From an uncultured Candidatus Saccharibacteria bacterium (GTDB lineage: Bacteria > Patescibacteriota > Minisyncoccia > Phycocordibacterales > UBA6065): a stretch of 64,000 nt of DNA. The notes beneath the pieces are model-generated. The model did not search any database and was not told where the DNA came from. It worked only from the letters and a program-made list of their open reading frames with translations. A program made the translations under genes and the position numbers. This document shows positions 16,507 through 25,203 of the stretch, piece after piece (positions within the stretch are counted from its first letter, which is position 1; every line of letters starts with the position of its first letter). The stretch is taken from contig CAYJCZ010000002.1 in assembly GCA_964368835.1 (NCBI GenBank), forward strand, positions 19,893-83,892, read 5' to 3'.

Positions 16507-16893
16507 TGGTGGAGATGGGCGGAATCGAACCGCCGTGCACATAAGGCTCCTTTTGAATCTACGCGATGTAGAAAGTCTTTGCCGTGAAGGCTTTAAGCGA
16601 GCGTACTATAGGACTTCCAGAACGCACTCCCGCCGAGTCATGTGAGCCGAAGCTCTTCGGACAAAGTTTTGACAAACCAAGTCCTATCCCGAATTTATAT
16701 CATCGTGGCTTACCGCATCAGGAGTGCAATAAGGCGATGTCACTTAGGCGTTAGCGAAAGCGAATGAAAAATTGTTAGCCACGAAAGGTGACTTTACAGA
16801 TTTTGCATTTGGTTTTTCAAGCAGTTTGAAGAGGTACTTGAGCTCTATCGCGCACAAAGGGAAGCGGATTATATGTCTAGGCCGATCATCCCC
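16507..16893 (-). ncRNA. ssrA: tmRNA (ssrA)
   Basis: The minus strand reads 5' GGGGAUGAUCGGCCUAGAC ... 3' GGUUCGAUUCCGCCCAUCUCCACCA, a tRNA-like acceptor/T-arm with CCA. The size is about 387 nt. A candidate tag ORF is GCU AAC AAU UUU UCA UUC GCU UUC GCU AAC GCC UAA. smpB lies immediately upstream. Confidence 0.75.
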
Positions 16894-16917
16894 GTATGTA
16901 AATCAAGCAATAAATTG

Positions 16918-17385
16918 CTATTCTTCGTATTTCAACGTTCTTCGAATCTCGATGTCGGTTTCGCGTTTTTTGATTGTCTGGCGTTTATCGAATTTCTTCT
17001 TTCCACGCACAACTGCGATATCAACCTTGATTCGACGATTCTTAGTATAAACCCGAATTGGCACGATTGTCAAGCCCTTGGTTGCCTCGATATCGCCTAG
17101 TTTTACGATCTCTTCTTTTGTAAGGAGAAGTCGTCGCATTCTGAGTGGATCATAGTCCTCTGGAGTGTTAGAAGCTTGATAGGGTGGGACAGACGCCTGC
17201 ATCAAATACGCCTCTCCGCCACGTATTGTTACATAGGCACCCTCAAGAGTAGCCTTGCGGGACTTGAGAGCTTTGACTTCAATACCCAAAAGCTCGATCC
17301 CTGCTTGAAAGGTTTCGAGTATTTCGTAGTCGAAAAAAGCTTTTCCATTGTCCGCGAGAATGTTACTCTCTATATTCTTAGCCAT
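16918..17385 (-). CDS. smpB: SsrA-binding protein SmpB
   Basis: 155 aa with conserved SmpB core (KALKSRKATLEGAYV...GLTIVPIRVYTKNRRIKVDIAVVRGKKKFDKR). Confidence 0.9.
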   Translation of the reverse strand: MAKNIESNILADNGKAFFDYEILETFQAGIELLGIEVKALKSRKATLEGAYVTIRGGEAYLMQASVPPYQASNTPEDYDPLRMRRLLLTKEEIVKLGDIEATKGLTIVPIRVYTKNRRIKVDIAVVRGKKKFDKRQTIKKRETDIEIRRTLKYEE

Positions 17386-17432
17386 ATGTTCATGCTATCA
17401 TATTACGCCTTTCTACTGCTATAATTCGATTT

Positions 17433-19349
17433 ATGTCATTTAATAAACAACCCGGACAAAAGAACAAGAAAGATGGTGCTTCCCAGAACATCACGCGGTT
17501 TTTCGGCAGTTTTGGTACGGGAATCCTCATATTTCTCCTTCTCATAGCATTTTATTCATTCGTCACAAGCGGCAAGGAAGAGACTATTACAATCTCGCTT
17601 TCTGAACTTTCTCAGGACATTAGCAAGGGAACAGTCACTTCAATTCTCATTGAAGGCGATACGTTGCGCGCAACATACCAAGACGGTGTTCAAAAGACTT
17701 CAAAGAAGGAGTCTGATAACGCGCTCACTACAACTCTCGTTAATTATGGTGTGACGTCAGAGGAAATTTCTGCCGTAAAAATAGAAGTAGACGAGCCATC
17801 AGGTCTTGGCTTCTGGCTCCTTAACCTCGCTCCATTTATTATTCCAGTAATATTTATTGGATTTTTGGTATGGCTTTTGTCTCGACAGGTAAAAGGCGCA
17901 GGAATGCAGGCGTTTTCATTCGGGCAGTCAAAAGCGCGAATCACTCATCCTGACGACAAAAAATCAAAAGTTACTTTCAAAGATGTCGCTGGTGCAAAGG
18001 AAGCAAAGCAGGAACTTATGGAAATTGTGGACTTCCTCAAAAATCCAAAGAAGTTTCTTGATGTTGGCGCGGTAATTCCAAAGGGAATCCTTCTTATGGG
18101 AGCTCCAGGAACAGGAAAGACACTTTTGGCACGAGCCGTAGCGGGTGAAGCAAACGTGGCGTTCTTTTCAATCTCTGGTTCAGAGTTTGTGGAAATGTTT
18201 GTGGGTGTCGGTGCATCACGAGTACGAGATCTCTTTAAAATGGCAAAGGCTGCTGCTCCTGCGATTATATTCGTCGATGAAATTGACGCTGTAGGACGAT
18301 CAAGAGGCGTTGGTATGGGAGGCGGAAACGATGAGCGGGAGCAAACACTCAACCAGATTCTCGTTGAAATGGATGGATTCGAACCAAATGAAAAGGTGAT
18401 TGTTATGGCGGCAACCAACAGGCCAGACGTTCTTGATCCTGCTCTTTTGCGACCAGGACGATTTGATAGGCGAGTGACGATTGATCTACCAGACCGAAGC
18501 GATCGAGAAGAAATACTTACAATTCACGCACGCAAGAAGCCTTTTGCAGAAGATGTGAATTTGAAAGTTATTGCAGAGAGAACTCCAGGATTTTCTGGTG
18601 CAGATCTTTATTCACTTATGAACGAAGGTGCGATTTTGGCAGCGCGAGAAAATCGAACAAAGGTTTCTCAGTATGACCTTATTCGTGCGATCGAAAAGGT
18701 AATGCTCGGCCCTGAACGAAAGAGCCATATCCTCTCAAACGAAGAAAAGAAAATTACTGCATATCACGAAGCGGGACATGCGGTTGTGTCATCGGTTCTT
18801 GATTACGCTGATCCTGTTCACAAAATTTCTATTATTTCTCGAGGACGAGCAGCAGGATATGTGCTTCATTTGCCACTCGAAGATAGGAAGCTTCAGTCAA
18901 AGAAAGAATTCCTTGATGATATTGCAGTTTCACTTGGAGGATATGTTACAGAAAAGATGATGTTCTCCGACCTTACAACTGGTCCTTCTAATGACCTTCA
19001 GGTTTCTACAGCTCTTGCTCGAGATATGGTTACCAAGTACGGTATGTCAGACAAAATGGGCCCTGTGGCGCTTGAAAGTGCCGGTGGAAGGGTGTTGTTT
19101 GGTCGAGGTGTTGAAGAGGGAGAATACTCTGACGAAGTCGCCGCACAGATCGATTCTGAAGTACGACTCATCATGACGACTGCTATGACAAGGGCAGAAC
19201 ATACAGTGACGACACACAAGAAACTTCTTGATGCTATCGCAAAGCGACTCATCGAAGTCGAAACAATTGAGCGAGATGATTTTGAAAAGCTCTTGGTTGC
19301 GCACGGCGTCGTTCCAAAGAAAAAGAAAGATATCGAACATCAGGTATAA
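17433..19349 (+). CDS. ftsH: ATP-dependent zinc metalloprotease FtsH
   Basis: Two N-terminal TMs, AAA+ Walker [12 protein letters not shown] region, zinc site HEAGHA. 638 aa. Confidence 0.95.
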   Translation: MSFNKQPGQKNKKDGASQNITRFFGSFGTGILIFLLLIAFYSFVTSGKEETITISLSELSQDISKGTVTSILIEGDTLRATYQDGVQKTSKKESDNALTTTLVNYGVTSEEISAVKIEVDEPSGLGFWLLNLAPFIIPVIFIGFLVWLLSRQVKGAGMQAFSFGQSKARITHPDDKKSKVTFKDVAGAKEAKQELMEIVDFLKNPKKFLDVGAVIPKGILLMGAPGTGKTLLARAVAGEANVAFFSISGSEFVEMFVGVGASRVRDLFKMAKAAAPAIIFVDEIDAVGRSRGVGMGGGNDEREQTLNQILVEMDGFEPNEKVIVMAATNRPDVLDPALLRPGRFDRRVTIDLPDRSDREEILTIHARKKPFAEDVNLKVIAERTPGFSGADLYSLMNEGAILAARENRTKVSQYDLIRAIEKVMLGPERKSHILSNEEKKITAYHEAGHAVVSSVLDYADPVHKISIISRGRAAGYVLHLPLEDRKLQSKKEFLDDIAVSLGGYVTEKMMFSDLTTGPSNDLQVSTALARDMVTKYGMSDKMGPVALESAGGRVLFGRGVEEGEYSDEVAAQIDSEVRLIMTTAMTRAEHTVTTHKKLLDAIAKRLIEVETIERDDFEKLLVAHGVVPKKKKDIEHQV

Positions 19350-19354
19350 AAGAA

Positions 19355-19380
19355 AGACCGTCCGAAAGGGCGGTCTTTTG
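19355..19380 (+). terminator. Rho-independent terminator after ftsH
   Basis: agaccgtcc-gaaa-gggcggtct followed by tttt. Confidence 0.55.
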
Positions 19381-19385
19381 CTAAG

Positions 19386-19772
19386 TCACGCAGCACAGGT
19401 GTGATGTGAGACGTGATGTGTTTCGAAGTAGGAGACGAAGATGTCTGGGGGCAAAAAGCTCAAGTCCTGAGCGCGGTGAACGAAGTCGACGTAGTTTGTC
19501 AGAATGTAGTATTCGACAACCACGGGTTCTCCATTGAATTCAAAATTAACCTGAACTCCGTTTGGTGAGGTGTAGTCTTCTCTCGAAACAATTGGAGAAG
19601 GAAACAACCCGTGGAGATAGAATCTGCCTCTGTCGAATGTGTCATAGGCGGCTTTGGCGGCACTTTCACCTTCATTGAGCACTTTGCAGGGATAGCAACG
19701 GAACGAGCCCCGTTGAACTTCGTAGATTCCTTGGTTGCTAGCCAAGAGGAATAGAGCAAGTCTTCTCTTCAT
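19386..19772 (-). CDS. Hypothetical secreted protein (128 aa)
   Basis: N-terminal signal-like MKRRLALFLLASNQGIYEV. Confidence 0.35.
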   Translation of the reverse strand: MKRRLALFLLASNQGIYEVQRGSFRCYPCKVLNEGESAAKAAYDTFDRGRFYLHGLFPSPIVSREDYTSPNGVQVNFEFNGEPVVVEYYILTNYVDFVHRAQDLSFLPPDIFVSYFETHHVSHHTCAA

Positions 19773-19906
19773 GACTGTCAGTGTGCTGGGGTTGCGACGC
19801 GGGATTTATCGTTATTATACGCCTCGTATGTTTTTAGGCACGAAAGATATACACACATTTGTATATAGTCTCTGGGTGGTTTAGTATAGATTTTGCTGCA
19901 TGCTTT

Positions 19907-19980
19907 GCGCCTATAGCTCAGTTGGTTAGAGCATCGAGCTTATACCTCGAGGGTCCTTGGTTCGAGTCCAAGTAGGCGCA
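19907..19980 (+). tRNA. tRNA-Ile (anticodon UAU)
   Basis: Cloverleaf: acceptor gcgccta/taggcgc, D arm gctc-agttggttag-agc, anticodon stem tcgag/ctcga with loop cttatac (anticodon TAT), T arm cttgg-ttcgagt-ccaag. No encoded CCA. Confidence 0.7.
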
Positions 19981-20079
19981 CAAAATCTACTTAATTTTTT
20001 CAAACGCACGACTTTTTTGATACCGAGGTAGGTGCTATTGACAAATCCTTATATATAGTATATGGTTCGAAACGAAAAA

Positions 20080-20096
20080 CTGTACGTTTTGTACAG
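20080..20096. promoter_or_regulatory. Palindromic candidate operator CTGTAC-N5-GTACAG
   Basis: Perfect 6-bp inverted repeat with a 5-nt spacer, 27 bp upstream of the ATG of the GC-rich secreted-protein gene and downstream of a TTGACA...TATA promoter-like element. Confidence 0.3.
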
Positions 20097-20122
20097 TGTC
20101 AGAAAACAGTGTTCCTCAAAAA

Positions 20123-20581
20123 ATGAGCAAGATACTTGGTTTGATCGTGTTGTTTTTCGGCGCCTTGCAGGTCGCCGTGGCCGCCCCTGAAAAGGACGTC
20201 CACCTGGACTATGACCTGGTCCAAGCCTACGATGGCTTTGGCGGCTACTATGTGGAGGCGGATAATGGTGACGTCTACACAAATGTGGGATACGAGGGCC
20301 TCAACAAGGCCACCAAGTATCAGTGGAATATTTCCGTCAAAGGAAAAGGACGGCCCGGTGCACATCCCAACCAGCTCCTGGATGGGTGGATCGAAACCAC
20401 CAGAATCGGATCAGGATACGGTTTTAAAAGGCCGGTCATGTACAAAACACTGTTGGTGCATAAAACCGATCCGCGCTATAAGCATGCGATCAATGCCGGA
20501 CCGACGCCAGTTGATTGGGCGTATGTGAAATACGAAGTGACTTACCTCGGCAAGGGGAATGGTTTGAACAACCCGCACTAA
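20123..20581 (+). CDS. Hypothetical secreted protein; GC-rich relative to its surroundings
   Basis: ATG at 20123 gives MSKILGLIVLFFGALQVAVAAPEKD, a signal peptide; the ORF-track start at 20096 is a GTG. Local GC is clearly above neighbouring genes. Confidence 0.45.
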   Translation: MSKILGLIVLFFGALQVAVAAPEKDVHLDYDLVQAYDGFGGYYVEADNGDVYTNVGYEGLNKATKYQWNISVKGKGRPGAHPNQLLDGWIETTRIGSGYGFKRPVMYKTLLVHKTDPRYKHAINAGPTPVDWAYVKYEVTYLGKGNGLNNPH

Positions 20582-20602
20582 GTTTTCCACTGATAAAACA
20601 CA

Positions 20603-20636
20603 AACCTACAATTCGTGAGAATTGTAGGTTTTTATT
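20603..20636. terminator. Bidirectional rho-independent terminator
   Basis: cctacaattc-gtga-gaattgtagg followed by a T-run, between the convergent 20123 gene and recG. Confidence 0.6.
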
Positions 20637-22821
20637 ATTCAAAATGAATTCGAGCTTTCTCTCGTTTGATTAATTCTTCTTTGAGAAGGGGATACTGGGA
20701 AAATGTGTCGTCGGTGTCTACCAAATGCAAAGCCTCCGTCCGTGCGGCTTCTACCATTTTTATATTTTTAATTGCCTCCATAGCGACATCAGAGATGCCC
20801 CATTGTTTTTTGCCGTACAGTTCTCCTGCACCTCGGAATTTTAAATCAAACTCAGCGAGTTCGAACCCGTTTTTTGCAGTTGTAAGTGCTTTGAGCCGTT
20901 CAATGGTTTTGTCACCTTGGCTTTCTGCATAGAGATAACAGTACGCCTGATGATTGGACCTCACGACGCGCCCTCGGAGCTGATGTAGTTGAGAAAGTCC
21001 GAATCGTTCTGCACCTTCGATTAATATCACGGTAGCATTTGGCACATTCACGCCGACTTCGACGACGGAAGTCGCCACAAGGATATGAATGTTTCCTTTT
21101 TTAAATTCATTCATCACGTGCTCCTTTTCTTTGTCTTTCATCTTGGAATGCAAAATTCCAATTTCATATTCTTTAAACACATATTCCTGAAGTCTCTTTG
21201 CCTCTTCTTTGACCGACTTTGCGATGACGGCGAATTCTTTTGTTGGATCTGGTTCATCAATACGTGGACAGATGATATATGCTTGTCGACCAAGTTTCAG
21301 TTCACGGCGGACTTTCTCATACATCTCGTCGCGTTTTGTAGGGAGCACAACTTCGGTGACGATAGGTTTTCGACCATGCGGCATTTCATCAAGGAGTGTG
21401 ATGTCGAGGTCTCCATATATAGTGAGGGCAAGTGTGCGGGGAATAGGAGTCGCGGTCATAGACAAAAGGTGAGGATGTATTTTGTCTTTTCGAACAAGCT
21501 TCTGTCTCTGAGCGGTACCGAACCTGTGTTGTTCATCAACGATCGCGTACGCCAGGTTTTTAAACTTAACAGATTTCTGAATGAGGGCGTGTGTGCCTAT
21601 GAGAATCGGAATTTCACCGTTTGCTACCCACTTTAAAAGCTGTGTGCGAGATATATCTGTCCACCCCCTTGGATTTACTTTTGAAGGAAACTTACGGCAG
21701 CCGGAGCCCGTGATAAGACCGATAGAAATTCCGGTGTGTTCAAAGTACTGAATGAAAGATTCAAAATGCTGTGACGCCAAGATTTCAGTCGGTGCCATGT
21801 ATGCAACTTGAAGTGAGCCGTAGTCTTGGCCGCGAGGGCGAGTCATGATTGTTGCAAAAGCAGTGGTTGCTGCAACGGCGGTTTTTCCTGAACCCACGTC
21901 ACCTTCGAGGAGTCGTGCCATCGCGTGACCTCGTTTGAAATCAGCGAGCACCTCGTTTATTGCTTTTGTCTGCGCATTTGTAAAAGGAAAAGAAAATCGC
22001 GAAACAAAATTGGCAATAAGCTCTGGCTTTGGCTCGATCACAAATGCCGGATTTTTCTTCCATTCCTTCTTTTCTTTTTGTCGCTCAAGCTGAATCAAAA
22101 ATACTTCTTCGAATGCAAAACGTTTTCGTGCGGCCACTGCGTCAGATTCTTTTTGTGGGGCATGAATCCAGACGAGGGCAGATGTGAGGGAAGGGAGATT
22201 GTATTTTGAAAGAATTTCTTCGGGAATCGGATCCTGAATAGTGTCGAGGATTCCGCTTTTAAAAATTTTCTGGACTGCGTGATATATCCAGTTTGAGGTA
22301 ATGCCTCGAGATTCAGGATACACAGGGTAGAGAGTATGTATTGCACCCGATTCACCAAAAAGTGAGTCGCCAACAGCAGTGGGCAAGTGATCCACTTTCT
22401 CTATTTTTGGATTTGAAAGGTAGAGCTCCTGATTTTTCTTTCGTTCGGTAACTTTGCCTTCGACTCGTACAAAAGCGCCATCAGGAATCATTTTTGCGAG
22501 GTAGGGCTGATTAAACCACACTGCTTTGATTGTTCCAGACTCGTCACTTATCACGCCGTCGGCCATCGCGACTTTGGTGCGGAAACCTTTTCCCGTTTTG
22601 AGTTTGCTCACTGTACCGAAAATAACTGCCTCATCGCCCTTGTGGAGACTTGCGATAGATTTTGATTCGACGGTGTCGCCATAGCGCACAGGGAAATGAT
22701 AAAGAAGGTCCTCGACGGTCTTTATGCCAAGCTTAGCGAGGGCGCTTTTCTGAGGTCCCAGAATGCGGATATGTTCTTCCAAAATATGGCTTAAATTCAC
22801 GAGGTAATTGTATATGGCCAT
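20635..22821 (-). CDS. recG: ATP-dependent DNA helicase RecG
   Basis: Wedge/OB domain, helicase motifs (GDVGSGKT, DEQHRFG), C-terminal helicase domain. The start is placed at the internal ATG at 22821 (MAIYNYLVNLSHILEE...), matching RecG N-termini. The longer ORF-track version (to 23010) overlaps the divergent gene. Confidence 0.9.
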   Translation of the reverse strand: MAIYNYLVNLSHILEEHIRILGPQKSALAKLGIKTVEDLLYHFPVRYGDTVESKSIASLHKGDEAVIFGTVSKLKTGKGFRTKVAMADGVISDESGTIKAVWFNQPYLAKMIPDGAFVRVEGKVTERKKNQELYLSNPKIEKVDHLPTAVGDSLFGESGAIHTLYPVYPESRGITSNWIYHAVQKIFKSGILDTIQDPIPEEILSKYNLPSLTSALVWIHAPQKESDAVAARKRFAFEEVFLIQLERQKEKKEWKKNPAFVIEPKPELIANFVSRFSFPFTNAQTKAINEVLADFKRGHAMARLLEGDVGSGKTAVAATTAFATIMTRPRGQDYGSLQVAYMAPTEILASQHFESFIQYFEHTGISIGLITGSGCRKFPSKVNPRGWTDISRTQLLKWVANGEIPILIGTHALIQKSVKFKNLAYAIVDEQHRFGTAQRQKLVRKDKIHPHLLSMTATPIPRTLALTIYGDLDITLLDEMPHGRKPIVTEVVLPTKRDEMYEKVRRELKLGRQAYIICPRIDEPDPTKEFAVIAKSVKEEAKRLQEYVFKEYEIGILHSKMKDKEKEHVMNEFKKGNIHILVATSVVEVGVNVPNATVILIEGAERFGLSQLHQLRGRVVRSNHQAYCYLYAESQGDKTIERLKALTTAKNGFELAEFDLKFRGAGELYGKKQWGISDVAMEAIKNIKMVEAARTEALHLVDTDDTFSQYPLLKEELIKREKARIHFE

Positions 22822-22908
22822 GGGGCAAGAAAGTACTTGACAAATTGCTAAAATAAGGTATAAGGGTAAGTAGAAATTGAAATACAACCCACAACCCACC
22901 ATATCAAT

Positions 22909-23811
22909 ATGAGTATGCCCGAGGTAGCTCAGACAACCCTGATCGAGAGCGAAGGCACTCGGTCGCGTCTTGCGGCTCTCGTGAGAGCCTTTCATGACGT
23001 GTATCAGCACGGTGAGCTCAGTAAGCTCGCTGGCTTGTTAGGAATCACCAATCTCGAAATCGTCGGCACGGTACTCCCGTTTGATGCAGTACCGGCGGCA
23101 CAACCCAGGATCGAAGATCCGCGGATTCGCAAGATTGTCGAAAGAAATCTGCGTCGGCAAGAGCGAATGTATCGCATCTGCTTTGGACTCAAGAAGCTTC
23201 GGAAAAATCCGGAGTATCAAGAGTTCAAAAAGCGCATCACTGAAGTTGCTATGGCCACGTACAAACGCGGCATGAACTACTTCGCGATGTGTCTCGGCGA
23301 CGATGTGCTTGGTCCTGGAGAGGGTATCTCTCCGGTGACACTTTTCGAGGTCGCTCGAAAGCAAGGCGTTTCGATCCGAGAACTTTCTCGGAGTGCACCA
23401 AAGGCCTTTATGACCATGGTGCTCTCGCAGGCAGATCAACCAGTGACCACAAGTTATGGTTACTGGACGAAGGACTCATCTGAGCCCGATAAGGCCCTCA
23501 TCGGCCTTTCGGGAGAGAAGGTTCGCAAGCGCAAGCTTGTGACCCAGGGGTGCCTCGAGCATCTCCTCTTCATTATCGAGCATCATCGTCGCAAGAAGAC
23601 GATGCCGAACATGAAGTTCTCGACACTCTGTGATTTGCCGAGCTGTCCGTCGATTCCGGGTTACCGAAATGACGAGCAGGAACAAGGGCACTACTACGGA
23701 CGGTTTTCTGTCCGGGGAGGAAAGCTTCTTACGGCGCTTCAGTATGTGAATACTCAGCTTCCTGAGTTCTCACACAGGGTGATGATCAAGGTTGAGTTGC
23801 CGAAAACATAA
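22909..23811 (+). CDS. Hypothetical protein (300 aa), GC-rich
   Basis: Long ORF with protein-like composition and GC well above flanking genes. No recognisable motif. Confidence 0.4.
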   Translation: MSMPEVAQTTLIESEGTRSRLAALVRAFHDVYQHGELSKLAGLLGITNLEIVGTVLPFDAVPAAQPRIEDPRIRKIVERNLRRQERMYRICFGLKKLRKNPEYQEFKKRITEVAMATYKRGMNYFAMCLGDDVLGPGEGISPVTLFEVARKQGVSIRELSRSAPKAFMTMVLSQADQPVTTSYGYWTKDSSEPDKALIGLSGEKVRKRKLVTQGCLEHLLFIIEHHRRKKTMPNMKFSTLCDLPSCPSIPGYRNDEQEQGHYYGRFSVRGGKLLTALQYVNTQLPEFSHRVMIKVELPKT

Positions 23812-23828
23812 GCAACTCAAACACAAAT

Positions 23829-23858
23829 GCCTAGCGGTAACTCGCTAGGCATTTTTTT
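23829..23858. terminator. Rho-independent terminator
   Basis: gcctagcg-gtaact-cgctaggc followed by attttttt. Confidence 0.6.
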
Positions 23859-24099
23859 ATTGAAGATTTACTTCGAGGCTCGTCGTACCGTTTATGGTCG
23901 AGGTGCCTGTTGTAGGACACGCTGCGAATTCGCAATTAGGTCCCGTGCGGCCAACATATGATCCATCGGGGCAGGCTCGTGCGTCCATGGTACATGCTAT
24001 CTGATCGCCATCAGACATTGGGTCGTTTGATTCAGTGAAAGCATAGACAATTCCAGCTATCACAAGAAGAATGACAAGAATAATTACTATATTTTTCAT
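23857..24099 (-). CDS. Small membrane-anchored Cys-rich protein (80 aa)
   Basis: N-terminal TM (IVIILVILLVIAGIVYAF) and six Cys in the ectodomain. Confidence 0.35.
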   Translation of the reverse strand: MKNIVIILVILLVIAGIVYAFTESNDPMSDGDQIACTMDARACPDGSYVGRTGPNCEFAACPTTGTSTINGTTSLEVNLQ

Positions 24100-24142
24100 A
24101 TATTTATATTAAGAATATGTATTACTACTACGATAGCACACC

Positions 24143-24961
24143 TTAAAGGGTTTCTTGGGTTCTTGCAGAAAGCTTTTTGTTTCTCAGAGTGACAAATCCC
24201 TCTACAGTCAGATTTTTTATATTTTTTAAGACGTCGTGTTGTGTGGGGCCGATGTGGTCGATAATTTCTTGTGTGGTCCGTTCCTGAGCAAGTATAAGTT
24301 TAAGAATTTTCGATCTGATTTCTCGGTTTGAGCCTTTAAACGTTGATTGCTTTGTGTGGTGCGCGCTTTTGCGAGAAGGGTTGGGAAGAGTTTGCTTGAG
24401 ATGGACTCCGTAATCCATGAGGGCGTAATACCAGTCTCGAGGATTTTTTATATCGAGAGTTTTTTCTATGAGGGGCAGAAGTTCTTTGTCGGAAACTTTC
24501 TTTTTGTGCGGAAAGAAATGATGAATATAAATTGCACGAATATTTGTCTCTATAAATACAGTTGGAATGCCAAACGCAAAAGCCATGATAGCTCCGCGAG
24601 TTGATTGCCCGATTCCGGGGAGGGATTCTAGTTCTTGGGCCGTCTGGGGGAATTTTCCACTGTGTTCATGAATAATTGTTTCGCAGGCGCGTTTGAGGTG
24701 CAGTGCCCGGCGATTGTAGCCAAGTCCTTGCCAGATTTTGAGAACTTCGGCGACGGATGCTTTGGCTAGAGTTGCGGCAGTAGGGAATGTGTTCAAAAAT
24801 TCCTCATACTTTTTCAAGACGCGGGGCACCTGGGTCTGTTGAAGCATTATTTCAGAGACGAGAATTTTGTATGGATCATGCGTCTTTCGCCACGGCAGAT
24901 CATGCCTACCTGATTTTCGGTAGTAGTCGTAGATGAGTTTTCTGAATTTTGTGGGCGTCAT
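24143..24961 (-). CDS. HhH-GPD superfamily base-excision DNA glycosylase (EndoIII/MutY-like)
   Basis: Helix-hairpin-helix GPD motif LPGIGQSTRGAIMAFAFGIP, 272 aa. No obvious 4Cys Fe-S cluster motif. Confidence 0.7.
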   Translation of the reverse strand: MTPTKFRKLIYDYYRKSGRHDLPWRKTHDPYKILVSEIMLQQTQVPRVLKKYEEFLNTFPTAATLAKASVAEVLKIWQGLGYNRRALHLKRACETIIHEHSGKFPQTAQELESLPGIGQSTRGAIMAFAFGIPTVFIETNIRAIYIHHFFPHKKKVSDKELLPLIEKTLDIKNPRDWYYALMDYGVHLKQTLPNPSRKSAHHTKQSTFKGSNREIRSKILKLILAQERTTQEIIDHIGPTQHDVLKNIKNLTVEGFVTLRNKKLSARTQETL

Positions 24962-25027
24962 CGCGCCTGTATGATACCAAACCAGATAGAAAAAAGGGCG
25001 CTAATATGATATTGTCTTTTCACAAAC

Positions 25028-25119
25028 GGAGACGTGTCAGAGTGGTCTAACGTGCCTCTTTGCTAAAGAGGTGTGCCCCTTATAAGGCACCGAGGGTTCG
25101 AATCCCTCCGTCTCCGCCA
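25028..25119 (+). tRNA. tRNA-Ser (anticodon GCU), CCA encoded
   Basis: Acceptor ggagacg/cgtctcc, anticodon stem cctct/agagg with loop ttgctaa (GCT), long variable arm, T arm gaggg-ttcgaat-ccctc, 3' gcca. Confidence 0.8.
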
Positions 25120-25203
25120 ACATACTTTTTTATCGGTATCAACTCATACACCTATATTAAAGTAAGAAAGTATCGGACTTAACTCACTTACAACGGATTT
25201 GTC

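Noticed and set aside
16772-17100. Plus-strand ORFs 16772..17050 and 16873..17100
   Set aside because: They lie antisense to or overlap the tmRNA and smpB, which explain the region. No coding signal.
17945-18418. Antisense ORFs inside ftsH (and similar ones inside recG, ligA, gatA)
   Set aside because: They are embedded in confidently identified genes on the opposite strand.
20080-20096. LexA SOS box
   Set aside because: The palindrome is CTGT-N9-ACAG, one base longer than the canonical CTGT-N8-ACAG. It is kept only as a generic operator candidate.
20049-20528. Arg/Pro-rich overlapping ORFs (20049..20282 minus, 20211..20528 plus)
   Set aside because: Typical alternative-frame artefacts of a GC-rich segment. 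The signal-peptide-bearing frame is the coherent one.
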